This document shows, in pieces, positions 1-8,580 of a stretch of DNA of 64,000 nucleotides; the first letter of the stretch is position 1, and each line of letters begins with the position of its first letter. The DNA lies in the IMG/VR virus record IMGVR_UViG_3300034060_000588, positions 1 to 64,000 of that record, one strand, 5' to 3'. The DNA is from a virus. A program made the position numbers and the translations under genes. The notes beneath the pieces are model-generated. The model searched no databases, was not told the DNA's origin, and saw only the letters and a program-made list of their open reading frames with translations.

Positions 1-187
1 CTTTGTTTTTTTCTAACCATTTTTTTGTTGTTATCCTTCTTTTTTCTGGATTATTTTTATTATACAATTTGTGTCTTTTATTTTCACATTCTTTACAATA
101 AATTGAAATTCCGTCTTTTCTGTTTTTGTTTTTACCAAAATCAGAAATTGGTTTAAGTTCTAAACATCTTTTACAATTTTTTTCCAT
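1..187 (-). CDS. Partial (runs off window) zinc-finger/HNH-type homing endonuclease-like protein; not in ORF track
   Basis: Hand translation from ATG 187: MEKNCKRCLELKPISDFGKNKNRKDGISIYCKECENKRHK..., the same CxxC...KDG...CKEC N-terminus as ORF 5690-6415; TATTTAT motif upstream. Confidence 0.7.
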   Translation of the reverse strand, partial: MEKNCKRCLELKPISDFGKNKNRKDGISIYCKECENKRHKLYNKNNPEKRRITTKKWLEKNK

Positions 188-243
188 AATATTTATTTTT
201 ATTGATAAATATTACTTAAATGTGTTTTATGTACATAGACAAA

Positions 244-882
244 TCATATTATATCGTTTAAATTTGAACCCCGCAAAAATACAGCACTTTTTCCAGTTTT
301 ACTAATATTTTCAAGGTCATTGTTTATTTTTATTAATTCTTTTATTTTTTCATTTTTTTCTGTGAGTTCTTTTCTCAATTTTTGTAAGGTTTCTTGTAAC
401 ATTTTCTCATTACTATTGTCTAACTTTTGGTCTAAAGAATGTCTAACATCATCTAACTCTATATTCTTTTTAGACATTTCATTTTCCAAGTATTTGATTT
501 TTTCAAATAGTTCGTTTTCACCACTTTTATCACTAATATATTCTACTTTTGTGACAACTTTTTCTACTGGAACTTCTTTTATAATCTCCTTTTCAATAAT
601 AACTTCCTTAATTACTTCTACCTCCTTGATAACCTCAACCGGTACTTCCACCCGTATTTCACGGATTACCTCAATTTCTACCTGTTTTTCAACAACAATA
701 CCCGTTTTTAAGTCTTTTTCATCACCATTAAGTGTTTTTCCTAAAAGTCCGTACTTCTCAATGTTAAACCCAGTGTCAAAACATTTCTTAATAAAACCAT
801 CAACATCTTCAATATTATTGATCTTACAATATGTTGATACTACCTGAATAACACTTTTACTAAAGATCTGTTTCATTTTCAA
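244..882 (-). CDS. Hypothetical protein with (V/I)E(V/I)IKE repeats and coiled-coil C-terminus
   Basis: 212 aa ORF; VEVIKEVEVIKEVIIEKEIIKEVPVEKVV low-complexity repeat. Confidence 0.75.
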   Translation of the reverse strand: MKMKQIFSKSVIQVVSTYCKINNIEDVDGFIKKCFDTGFNIEKYGLLGKTLNGDEKDLKTGIVVEKQVEIEVIREIRVEVPVEVIKEVEVIKEVIIEKEIIKEVPVEKVVTKVEYISDKSGENELFEKIKYLENEMSKKNIELDDVRHSLDQKLDNSNEKMLQETLQKLRKELTEKNEKIKELIKINNDLENISKTGKSAVFLRGSNLNDII

Positions 883-1363
883 TTAAGTCTTTATCTGAAA
901 TGGTTATTAACTCTTTATCAAAATTAGGTTCTATTGTTTTTATTTTATCTTCAATTTGTGTGAACTTAGTCCATATAATATTACCTTCGGAGGGTTGGTT
1001 ATATGTGTTATCTACTAAATACTGAACAATAGTGTTGCCCTCTAAAGTAATAAATCCGTGAGCATATCCTTTAGGTATGTAAATCTCATCTCCTGAAGCC
1101 ATTTCAAAAAATTCAATTTCAGAGTTGTTTTCAGTCCTCATATCAAAAACAAAATCTAATATTTTGCCACTAATAACTTTAATTAATTTTGATTGTTCAT
1201 ACTCGCCTCTTTGGTAGTGTAAACCTCTAATTGTCCATTTCTTTAAACTAAAACTGACGTTACTTTGTAACCAATTTTTATCTAAAGCTTTTAATGATAG
1301 TGGACTAAACGACCCTCTATGGTCAAAAAATATATTGTTTTTAAGTCTAATCGTTGTTTCCAT
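860..1363 (-). CDS. rmlC: dTDP-4-dehydrorhamnose 3,5-epimerase family (cupin)
   Basis: FFDHRGSF, QSNVSFS, TIRGLHYQ, QSKLIKVISGKILD, YIPKGYAHGF motifs. Confidence 0.92.
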   Translation of the reverse strand: METTIRLKNNIFFDHRGSFSPLSLKALDKNWLQSNVSFSLKKWTIRGLHYQRGEYEQSKLIKVISGKILDFVFDMRTENNSEIEFFEMASGDEIYIPKGYAHGFITLEGNTIVQYLVDNTYNQPSEGNIIWTKFTQIEDKIKTIEPNFDKELITISDKDLIENETDL

Positions 1364-1366
1364 ATG

Positions 1367-2146
1367 TTAAAAATTTTTGAGTACTTCGGTTCCATTTTCA
1401 ATATCTTCAAAAGATTTTATTGAGAACTTTAAAAACGGTTTTGGGTTTTCAAGATCTGTATAGGTATATTCTTTAGTTCCGAAATCATAAGTTCCGAAAC
1501 CGTGGTTTCGGATGCTCTCCCCAATGTTCTGTTGAATTGGTGATCCGATCATATATCCCTTACCTGTTTTAAACTTAAATTCTTGTCTTTTGTGAATATC
1601 ACCACATAACACAATGTCTAGTCCGTTAAACTTCTCTACGTCATATGCTTCTTCACCAAAGTCAAACCCCAAATCTGTTTTCATTCCCTGGATTGGTCCG
1701 TGAAATAAACCAACTTTAATTCCGGTTGCGACATTCAAATCTGGTGGAATATTTCCCTGGTATTGTGAATAAACACACCAACTAACATTATCATCTTCAT
1801 AAACACCTCGGTCCTTATAGTAAACAATATTTTTGTTATCTAACGAATCAATAATCGGAGATAAAGCGTCTAACCTATCAGTATTGTTGGTTAAAAAGTC
1901 GTGGTTACCAGGAATGATAATTGTTTTTGCAATATAGGAACATTCCCTTAAAATCCAACTTACCATCTCAATAAGTTCTGGTGTTATCTGATTTTTTGAA
2001 TGGACGAGATCTCCAGTGAATACGATTCTATCTGGTTTAATTTCTTTCCATTGGTTAATGGCGTTAGTCATAATTGACCTATAAAGGTCGTGGTCTTTAA
2101 ATAATCTGATGTGTAAATCAGAAAAGTGTACAAGTTTTTTTATCAT
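1367..2146 (-). CDS. Calcineurin-like metallophosphoesterase, SbcD/Mre11/T4 gp47-like nuclease
   Basis: HFSDLH, FTGDLVH, PGNHD, FHG, CGDIH, GSPIQQ motifs. Confidence 0.85.
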   Translation of the reverse strand: MIKKLVHFSDLHIRLFKDHDLYRSIMTNAINQWKEIKPDRIVFTGDLVHSKNQITPELIEMVSWILRECSYIAKTIIIPGNHDFLTNNTDRLDALSPIIDSLDNKNIVYYKDRGVYEDDNVSWCVYSQYQGNIPPDLNVATGIKVGLFHGPIQGMKTDLGFDFGEEAYDVEKFNGLDIVLCGDIHKRQEFKFKTGKGYMIGSPIQQNIGESIRNHGFGTYDFGTKEYTYTDLENPKPFLKFSIKSFEDIENGTEVLKNF

Positions 2147-2379
2147 TACATTACAATTTTTGGTGGTGTTCCTAGGTCATCGTATCCATCATCTTTAAAT
2201 GGATTATTTGGTTTTGGTATTTGAATCGGTACTACGGTTCTTTGGTGTGGGAAGAATGGGTCAACATCTTTTACGTCTCCCATTTTTTCAATAATAGGTT
2301 TAATGTCAACAATATGTTTATCTTCAAGTTTACTGGCTAAATAACCTTCTAGCCAAATATAAAATTCTTTATGTGTCAT
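2146..2379 (-). CDS. Hypothetical protein
   Basis: 77 aa ORF abutting next gene; MTHKEFYIWLEGYL N-terminus. Confidence 0.7.
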   Translation of the reverse strand: MTHKEFYIWLEGYLASKLEDKHIVDIKPIIEKMGDVKDVDPFFPHQRTVVPIQIPKPNNPFKDDGYDDLGTPPKIVM

Positions 2380-2381
2380 AT

Positions 2382-2582
2382 TTAATCCTCCTCTATACTA
2401 AAATCATATTCATCTTCGTCTTGGATTTTATCCCACTCCAATTCTTGATTTCCTCTAAAATCAACTTCTTCATAAAACTTTTCCTCATTTTCTTCAAAAA
2501 GTTTTGCTTCTTCATCTGTTAACTCGGTAGAATACTTACAAGTTGTTAAGTAAGATTCAAACCATACTAATTTTTTACCCAT
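2382..2582 (-). CDS. Small acidic hypothetical protein
   Basis: 66 aa, very E/D-rich, fills operon. Confidence 0.7.
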   Translation of the reverse strand: MGKKLVWFESYLTTCKYSTELTDEEAKLFEENEEKFYEEVDFRGNQELEWDKIQDEDEYDFSIEED

Positions 2583-2587
2583 TTTAT

Positions 2588-2734
2588 TTAATTTAATTCT
2601 CTGTTATATAAGTTCACTAATATTATTCTAGCAAACTTAAAATCTTCTGCGTTATTTAATTTTAAACCATAAGTGTTTGCTATGGTTTTTAAATGAGGAT
2701 ACACCTCACTAATTGTCATTTTTCCTACTTCCAT
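2588..2734 (-). CDS. Small hypothetical protein (48 aa), not in ORF track
   Basis: MEVGKMTISEVYPHLKTIANTYGLKLNNAEDFKFARIILVNLYNRELN*; fills the gap between co-oriented genes with 5-nt spacing on each side. Confidence 0.65.
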   Translation of the reverse strand: MEVGKMTISEVYPHLKTIANTYGLKLNNAEDFKFARIILVNLYNRELN

Positions 2735-2739
2735 AATAT

Positions 2740-2952
2740 TTAATCAAATAGTTCAAAATCTTTGTTTACGTGTCCACAGTCATCACATCTGTACGTTGGA
2801 AACGGTACTAATGTATCTTCAGGGCTGCCTGTTAGTAATTTAGACACTTTTTTAATTAGTACAACTTCTCTAAAAAAGTTAGACTCACATTTTTCACAAG
2901 AAATTGTTTCTTGTTGTTTTAGATCAATTCTAGGTTTAATTATATCATCCAT
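2740..2952 (-). CDS. Small zinc-ribbon protein
   Basis: CEKC ... CDDCGH pair in 70 aa. Confidence 0.75.
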   Translation of the reverse strand: MDDIIKPRIDLKQQETISCEKCESNFFREVVLIKKVSKLLTGSPEDTLVPFPTYRCDDCGHVNKDFELFD

Positions 2953-2953
2953 A

Positions 2954-3811
2954 TTATTTGTTTTTTAATTTTGATTTTATGTCCATTTGTAATATAGTAT
3001 CAATTGTTTGTTTTTCAACTCTGTATTCAATAAATTCTCTCTCATCACTTAACCTAACAATTATACACCCAAGTAATTTTATATCTTCGTATTTGGATCC
3101 TTGTAACATTTTAATTAACAATTTTCCATACAAAGGAAGTTGTGTTTTGTAGTGACCTAACGCATTGTCTGGTAAAGATTTAAATGGCGATTTCATTTGT
3201 TTTGTATAACCTTTAACCAAAAAGTTTTTTTCTTGGTTGGTTTTCCAGTCTGTTATTAACAACCCAAGTTCACCCTTTGTACTTAAAATTAACCAAACTT
3301 TATCTGGTTGACCAGTATAACCTAATTCTGGATCACCAAGAACCATTTCGGTATCTAATAAAACACAACCTCTTTCTTGTAATAATTCAACATATCGTTT
3401 GCCCGCAACAATCATTGTGTCACCAATAACAATCTGTTGTGCATCACAATCAAATATTGGTTGTCTTACTTGTTTGTCCTGGTTAAAAACCTTTAATACG
3501 TGTTCTTCTAAAAAAAAGTGTACCCTTGACCCTAGGTTAGTTGATTTCCTACCTTTTTCATCCCACTCGTTTATTAGTCTTTCCGCTTCATCTGGGTTAC
3601 CTCCAGACATATCTAATGCTTTTTGTTCTTTTGGAAACTCGTCGTAAAAAAGTTTCATAACTTTTGATACTGATGGAAAATCTGATCTTAATTCTCCATT
3701 CACATCTAACATTGTGTATTTGTGATTATCTTCTTCAAAAGACAATTGTAATTCTTTTTGTCTTTTGGATATGATGTCTCTTATTTCCTGTGCTACTTTT
3801 TCTAAATTCAT
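2954..3811 (-). CDS. PD-(D/E)XK nuclease (lambda-exo/Cas4-like superfamily exonuclease)
   Basis: PSVSKV, GSRVH, E-x(n)-GYTGQPD, ITDWKT, HYKTQLPLY motifs. Confidence 0.8.
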   Translation of the reverse strand: MNLEKVAQEIRDIISKRQKELQLSFEEDNHKYTMLDVNGELRSDFPSVSKVMKLFYDEFPKEQKALDMSGGNPDEAERLINEWDEKGRKSTNLGSRVHFFLEEHVLKVFNQDKQVRQPIFDCDAQQIVIGDTMIVAGKRYVELLQERGCVLLDTEMVLGDPELGYTGQPDKVWLILSTKGELGLLITDWKTNQEKNFLVKGYTKQMKSPFKSLPDNALGHYKTQLPLYGKLLIKMLQGSKYEDIKLLGCIIVRLSDEREFIEYRVEKQTIDTILQMDIKSKLKNK

Positions 3812-4086
3812 AAAGTTTTTGTTAAGTTTTTGTATATTAAATAACCTTCTATATCTCTAATCATTTGATCAACGACTGGATATGATCTGTTGTTTCTTAC
3901 AACACATTTTGATGATAGGTATTTCATCCCATTGGGTAATGTTTTTATTGAGACAATTACATTATTTGAATAATATATTCTCTTTTCGGTTCTTTTTAAG
4001 ACCTCTACTTTATTTCCACCGGAAAGGTAAAAATCGCCGACTTTTGCCTCATATATAAATAAGTTCGCTTCTAAATTTAAATTCAT
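3808..4086 (-). CDS. Hypothetical protein
   Basis: 92 aa ORF with ATGA overlaps on both sides. Confidence 0.7.
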   Translation of the reverse strand: MNLNLEANLFIYEAKVGDFYLSGGNKVEVLKRTEKRIYYSNNVIVSIKTLPNGMKYLSSKCVVRNNRSYPVVDQMIRDIEGYLIYKNLTKTL

Positions 4087-4397
4087 CCTACTTGAGTGGT
4101 TTGAGTTCTAAAAACACTATTATATTCCATAACAACCCACTTTGGTTTGTTTTGTCCCATTGCTTTAAAATAATGTCCCCACTTTTTCCAATCTTCGTTA
4201 TATGAATTTTGTTGGACTTTTTTATATGTTTCAGCTTCGTTTCGTGTATTAAACATTAAGACCCTATGATCTAAATTAATTCCATTTTTAATGTTTATAA
4301 CACTATACCAAATATCATTAGGACTAGTTGTGTCTTTGTTTACAACTTCAAGATAGTCTGGTTTACGACTTCTTTCAATTACAACATACTTTTTCAT
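4083..4397 (-). CDS. Hypothetical protein, paralog of 4404-4718
   Basis: MKKYVVIERSRKPDYLEVVNKDT...FNTRNEAETY...W...KWVVMEY. Confidence 0.75.
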   Translation of the reverse strand: MKKYVVIERSRKPDYLEVVNKDTTSPNDIWYSVINIKNGINLDHRVLMFNTRNEAETYKKVQQNSYNEDWKKWGHYFKAMGQNKPKWVVMEYNSVFRTQTTQVG

Positions 4398-4403
4398 AAC
4401 AGA

Positions 4404-4718
4404 TTAATTTTTTTGTGAAAAAAAAGTGTTTTCATCATAACTTTCAACTCGCCACTTCCCTTTTTTTAACCCTTCTCTACGAAGATATGTTGACCATCTA
4501 TCCCATTCTCCATCGAAAAATTCGTCTTGAGCTATTCTGTATTCGTTCGCTTCACTCCATGTGTTGAAGATAAGTGGTTTTACCTTTTTTTCATTTAGCT
4601 TTCTATCGTTGGTTGGGTGTTCCTTATAAAATATGTCCTCCAAACTTTTTGTTTGTTTGTTTACAATTTCAAAATAACCAGGTATTCTAGTTCTATTAAT
4701 AACTACATACTTTTTCAT
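4404..4718 (-). CDS. Hypothetical protein, paralog of 4083-4397 (start revised to ATG 4718)
   Basis: MKKYVVINRTRIPGYFEIVNKQT...FNTWSEANEY...KWRVESY; track start 4745 lies inside the promoter. Confidence 0.75.
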   Translation of the reverse strand: MKKYVVINRTRIPGYFEIVNKQTKSLEDIFYKEHPTNDRKLNEKKVKPLIFNTWSEANEYRIAQDEFFDGEWDRWSTYLRREGLKKGKWRVESYDENTFFSQKN

Positions 4719-4742
4719 AACATTTAAATTAAAGATTAGATG

Positions 4743-4773
4743 CAAAGATATATCTTTTTTTGATTAATCCAAA
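4743..4773 (-). promoter_or_regulatory. Bacteroidota housekeeping-sigma promoter (-33/-7)
   Basis: Minus strand TTTG(4773-4770)-N19-TATCTTTG(4750-4743) matches the TTTG-N19-21-TAnnTTTG consensus. Confidence 0.8.
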
Positions 4774-5666
4774 ATTTTTACAAAAAAATCTTCAATTTGA
4801 CCTTTTAAATCGCAAACATCCCTGTCTAACGGTACTTTTACAATTTTAATTCTTCCCCATAACTCACCACCATTTAATTCGTGATATAGTTTTACAGCAT
4901 TTGTCCAAGCGTCACCGTCAAGACATATTATTACGTCCGCCTTTGCATTATTATAGATAGTCTCAAAAAGAAGTTCAGACATATGTTTTCCAAGCATCAC
5001 AACTGGATTGTCTAGAAACATTCCATCAAACGCGCCCTCAACAAGGTAAATGTCTTTGTTCCAATCAATAAGATTTTCCCAAAATATAATTTGGTCTTTT
5101 TCAGCTTCTGGGTTACGATATTTGGCTCTACTATTAACATCCCAACTTCTACCAACATAATAGTTTAGTTCTCCTTTTTTATTATATGATGGTATTACAA
5201 TACGACCCATATGACTTCCTTTATCACAGAAACCAATACCAAATCTTTCAATTGTTTCATCGTTAATACCACGGCTTTTAAGGTAGTTATACGCTTGTTT
5301 TCTTACTGGATATACTGGGTGTGAATCTTTGAACAAAGTGAAATTGTCTGGTAGTACCACTTTGGGTTTTTTCTTTTTTACAACTTTTTCAGTTTCGTCT
5401 GGTCTTAAAATATTATAAAGTTTTTTTAACTTTCTATTACCAAACTTATCAAAAAGTTTTCCTACAGTTCCGTGTGTCCCTTCGGTTTCACCACAACTCC
5501 AACAGTGGTAAACTGACTTTTCCACATTGACTTCTAAATTTCCTTTATTTCTACCATCATCACAAACTGGACAATCCCATAAAATTTGTGATCTATTTTC
5601 ATAAACTTTTTTTGGTTCACCAAGAAATTCTGACATTATCTCAACGACATCTTCAAATGTATCCAT
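4764..5666 (-). CDS. DNA primase (Zn finger + TOPRIM)
   Basis: CPVC...HCWSC; YLKSRGI, IVIP, YYVGRS, KYRNP, LVEGAFDG, CLDGDA. Confidence 0.92.
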   Translation of the reverse strand: MDTFEDVVEIMSEFLGEPKKVYENRSQILWDCPVCDDGRNKGNLEVNVEKSVYHCWSCGETEGTHGTVGKLFDKFGNRKLKKLYNILRPDETEKVVKKKKPKVVLPDNFTLFKDSHPVYPVRKQAYNYLKSRGINDETIERFGIGFCDKGSHMGRIVIPSYNKKGELNYYVGRSWDVNSRAKYRNPEAEKDQIIFWENLIDWNKDIYLVEGAFDGMFLDNPVVMLGKHMSELLFETIYNNAKADVIICLDGDAWTNAVKLYHELNGGELWGRIKIVKVPLDRDVCDLKGQIEDFFVKILD

Positions 5667-5672
5667 ATGATG

Positions 5673-5701
5673 AGTATAAGTTTAAATTATTAAAAAATCA
5701 A
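5673..5701 (-). promoter_or_regulatory. sigma70-like promoter upstream of primase
   Basis: TTGATT-N17-TATACT. Confidence 0.6.
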
Positions 5702-6415
5702 TTTTGAACCTTTTTTTAAATTTTCTTTTGCTGATAGTGGTCTTAAATTTTTGTAATGCCAAAGTTCATATATATCGTATTCATTTGTCGCAGAATTGAG
5801 TGGTATTATATGATCGATATGCCAAGTATTATGTGCCCAATTATCCCAACTCATCCAGGGTTCAAACATATTTTCAATATAAATTTTAAATTCATCGAAT
5901 GAAACACCAAGTATTTCTTCCAATCTTTTATTTTTTTTATTTCTTTTGAGTGAAATATAAATATCTGTCCTAAATTTTCTTTTAATCTTAAAAATTATAT
6001 CTTCTATTTTTCTTTCTTTAATTCTTTTATTTTTACTCTCATAACATTTATCAATATTTTTTTTACACCATTCAGAACTCCTTTTAATTATTTTTTCTTT
6101 ATTCTTTAAATAATAATTTTTTTGATATTCTTTGACTTTTTCAAGGTTTCTAATTCTATAATCTTGACTTTTTTTTCTGTGTTCTGTTTTTTGTTCTTCT
6201 GTTTTTTCTCTACCTTTAATCAAGTTTTGTTCGTGATTCTTATAATAAATTTCTTTTCTTGTTTTTTTGATTTTTTCATTATTTTCCTCAAAATACTTTT
6301 TACTTATTGGTTTTCGACATTCTTTACATATTGTGTTATAACCATCTTTCTGGTATTTATGTTTATGAAATTCTGAAAATTCCTTTTCAATTAAACATTT
6401 ATTACATTTTTTCAT
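5690..6415 (-). CDS. HNH homing endonuclease-like protein with N-terminal zinc finger
   Basis: CNKC...CKEC, basic helical middle, WMSWDN...WHIDHIIPL...HYKNLRPLSAKENLKKG. Confidence 0.88.
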   Translation of the reverse strand: MKKCNKCLIEKEFSEFHKHKYQKDGYNTICKECRKPISKKYFEENNEKIKKTRKEIYYKNHEQNLIKGREKTEEQKTEHRKKSQDYRIRNLEKVKEYQKNYYLKNKEKIIKRSSEWCKKNIDKCYESKNKRIKERKIEDIIFKIKRKFRTDIYISLKRNKKNKRLEEILGVSFDEFKIYIENMFEPWMSWDNWAHNTWHIDHIIPLNSATNEYDIYELWHYKNLRPLSAKENLKKGSKLIF

Positions 6416-6557
6416 TATAAAAAAATTCCTTCAAAAGTTTATTTGTTAATGATGATAAATTTATATGTTTATTTTTTACCATTTTTTCAAGATCAGGTTC
6501 AATTGTTATTGATACTCTAACTTTCTTTTCTTCTGTTTTTATTTTTTTTCTACCCAT
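6402..6557 (-). CDS. Ribbon-helix-helix DNA-binding protein, CcdA/CopG-like (51 aa), not in ORF track
   Basis: MGRKKIKTEEKKVRVSITIEPDLEKMVKNKHINLSSLTNKLLKEFFYNEKM*; alternating beta strand plus INLS helix-cap motif; overlaps HNH start by 14 nt; TATTTAT motif at 6563-6569. Confidence 0.75.
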   Translation of the reverse strand: MGRKKIKTEEKKVRVSITIEPDLEKMVKNKHINLSSLTNKLLKEFFYNEKM

Positions 6558-6663
6558 ATTATATAAATATCATATTTAGTGTAAAAATATTATTTTTTTT
6601 AAAAAAAAATAAATAAACATATCAACTACACAAGTTTCTCCCTTCTTTTATATTTATTATATT

Positions 6664-6885
6664 ATGCCAACAGAAATAACAATCAACGGAATAACTGGTG
6701 CGTCACCATTTGACGTTTATGTTTGTGATCCAACAAATACCGTATGTGTTTATATAAACGAGTATAAGTCATTTGAACTTCCTGTCACATTTGAGATACC
6801 GGAGGTTTTAAGTTCGTTAAACACGTTTAATGTTAAAACTGTTGATGATAATGAGTGTGAAACAAATAATTTATTAGTAGTGTAG
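6664..6885 (+). CDS. Small beta-rich putative virion protein, paralog of 8256-8561
   Basis: ITINGITGASPFDVYVCD...CVYI vs ITINSIIGVTPPYNVYACN...CVLL; TATTTAT upstream. Confidence 0.7.
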   Translation: MPTEITINGITGASPFDVYVCDPTNTVCVYINEYKSFELPVTFEIPEVLSSLNTFNVKTVDDNECETNNLLVV

Positions 6886-6886
6886 T

Positions 6887-8254
6887 ATGCCGTGTAGTAG
6901 TGATTATTGTATTAGTGGGACAAGTTTAGTTTATGATGATACCTATGGTATTTCAGGGACATATAGTGGTTATGATTATTTTACCGGATCAACAAATGGA
7001 TATTTTATATTTTATTCCGGAACAGAAGATAGATGGTGTGTTGCACCAAATTTAGGCGATCCTTGTGAATTGTTTGGTCCTAGTCCAATTACAGACACTT
7101 GTCCGGACTTGTATGATGAATTTTTTAATTCTGGTACTTGTGTGACAACTTCAACAACAACATCACCTTGTATTGGTTTTGATTTTGATGCGGTTTTTGA
7201 TTGTGGTATTCCGCCAACACCAACCCCTTCTGTTACTGTTACACCAACGGTTACGCCAACACCGACGGTTACACCTAGTAATCCTTGTCCTGTTGCTGCA
7301 AGTATTTCGGCTATTAAAACACCGTCACAACCAACGCCAACACCTAGTTTAACACCTACTTTAACACCAGAAATAACAAGACCTTGTAATTTTAGTGGTA
7401 CGGTTCAGTACAATATTGTTGAGGGTTATATTAGATGTGCTAATTCTTCTAAATTTGAAGACTGTTTTACTGGTGAGTATTATTTTACGACTGATATTAT
7501 TTTTGATCAGAATGGTCAGGGTTTAATTGAGAACTATGTTTATGGTGGTTTTGTTGATGGTGTCTCATCTTGTTTTATATTTAGAGGTTTTGTTGAATAT
7601 ATCTCTGGTCCTAGTACGGTGAGTATTACGGCTATATATGGTTCGGCGAATGAGGGTAAATGTATTGATTGTTCTATTATACCATCACAAACACCAACAA
7701 AAACACCGACACCAACGCCAACGCCAACTCAAACATTACCTAAAAATAATTGTTTCTATTATGAAATTAATAATTATTCCGAATTATTTCAAGAATATAA
7801 TTATGTTAATTGTGATGGTATTACAGTTTCACCACAACCTTTACCACAAAAACAAGCAATAAGAATTTGTGCAAGTGCATTACCAACAGTATTTTCACCA
7901 TCTATGGTTATTACTAATTTAGGTCCTTGTCCAACACCGACACCAACACCAACAAAAACACCAACACCTACCCCATCGACATCACAACCAGTAATTTATA
8001 CTTGGTTCTATACTTTAGTGCCAAGCACAAACAGTACTTTAGCTTGTTTATCAACCGTAAGTGGATTTGTTTTATATACAGATATACCTTCATTGGTAAT
8101 TGGTGATATTTTATATACCGATCCGGCCTTAACAATACCATTTACAGGTGTTGGGTTGTGGTATAAAGTAGAACGTGATTGTATTTCTTGTTCTGATAAT
8201 TATGCAGTTCAGGTTGATGGTACTGGAAATATTTTAGATATAGTGAGTTGTTAA
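6887..8254 (+). CDS. Cys-rich putative virion surface protein with Pro/Thr-rich linkers
   Basis: Four PTPTP/TPTKTPTP tracts between Cys-containing modules; C-terminal GDILYTDPALTIPFTG...VQVDGTGNI module. Confidence 0.75.
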   Translation: MPCSSDYCISGTSLVYDDTYGISGTYSGYDYFTGSTNGYFIFYSGTEDRWCVAPNLGDPCELFGPSPITDTCPDLYDEFFNSGTCVTTSTTTSPCIGFDFDAVFDCGIPPTPTPSVTVTPTVTPTPTVTPSNPCPVAASISAIKTPSQPTPTPSLTPTLTPEITRPCNFSGTVQYNIVEGYIRCANSSKFEDCFTGEYYFTTDIIFDQNGQGLIENYVYGGFVDGVSSCFIFRGFVEYISGPSTVSITAIYGSANEGKCIDCSIIPSQTPTKTPTPTPTPTQTLPKNNCFYYEINNYSELFQEYNYVNCDGITVSPQPLPQKQAIRICASALPTVFSPSMVITNLGPCPTPTPTPTKTPTPTPSTSQPVIYTWFYTLVPSTNSTLACLSTVSGFVLYTDIPSLVIGDILYTDPALTIPFTGVGLWYKVERDCISCSDNYAVQVDGTGNILDIVSC

Positions 8255-8255
8255 T

Positions 8256-8561
8256 ATGCAAACAATAACAATAAATTCAATTATAGGGGTAACACCACCA
8301 TATAATGTATATGCTTGTAATGTCTATGGTAATCTATGTGTGTTATTGGCAACAATTATAAGTCCGGTACCACCACAAATTATACTTAATATTCCACCAC
8401 CATATGAAACGGCACCAGCTTTAGGTATAAAAATTGTTTCATCTGTCGACGATTGTGAAGATTTACATATATTATATTGTGAATCTTTAAGTGATTTTAA
8501 ATTATTTCAAGACACATTTCAATTTTATTTTCAAGATGGTTTTATTTATGAATTTCAGTAA
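8256..8561 (+). CDS. Small putative virion protein, paralog of 6664-6885
   Basis: Shared N-terminal pattern; C-terminal FQD..FYFQDG motif. Confidence 0.7.
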   Translation: MQTITINSIIGVTPPYNVYACNVYGNLCVLLATIISPVPPQIILNIPPPYETAPALGIKIVSSVDDCEDLHILYCESLSDFKLFQDTFQFYFQDGFIYEFQ

Positions 8562-8580
8562 TATTTATTAAAAAAAAGAA

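Noticed and set aside
2954-3811. Cas4 as part of a CRISPR system
   Set aside because: No Fe-S cysteine set and no array; generic PD-(D/E)XK nuclease
4719-4745. Track start codons at 4745 (and likewise 61148)
   Set aside because: Extensions overlap consensus promoters; downstream ATGs (4718, 61100) fit paralog alignment and spacing better
6402-6557. Classical ccdAB operon
   Set aside because: Downstream gene is an HNH nuclease, not CcdB; only the RHH resemblance is retained
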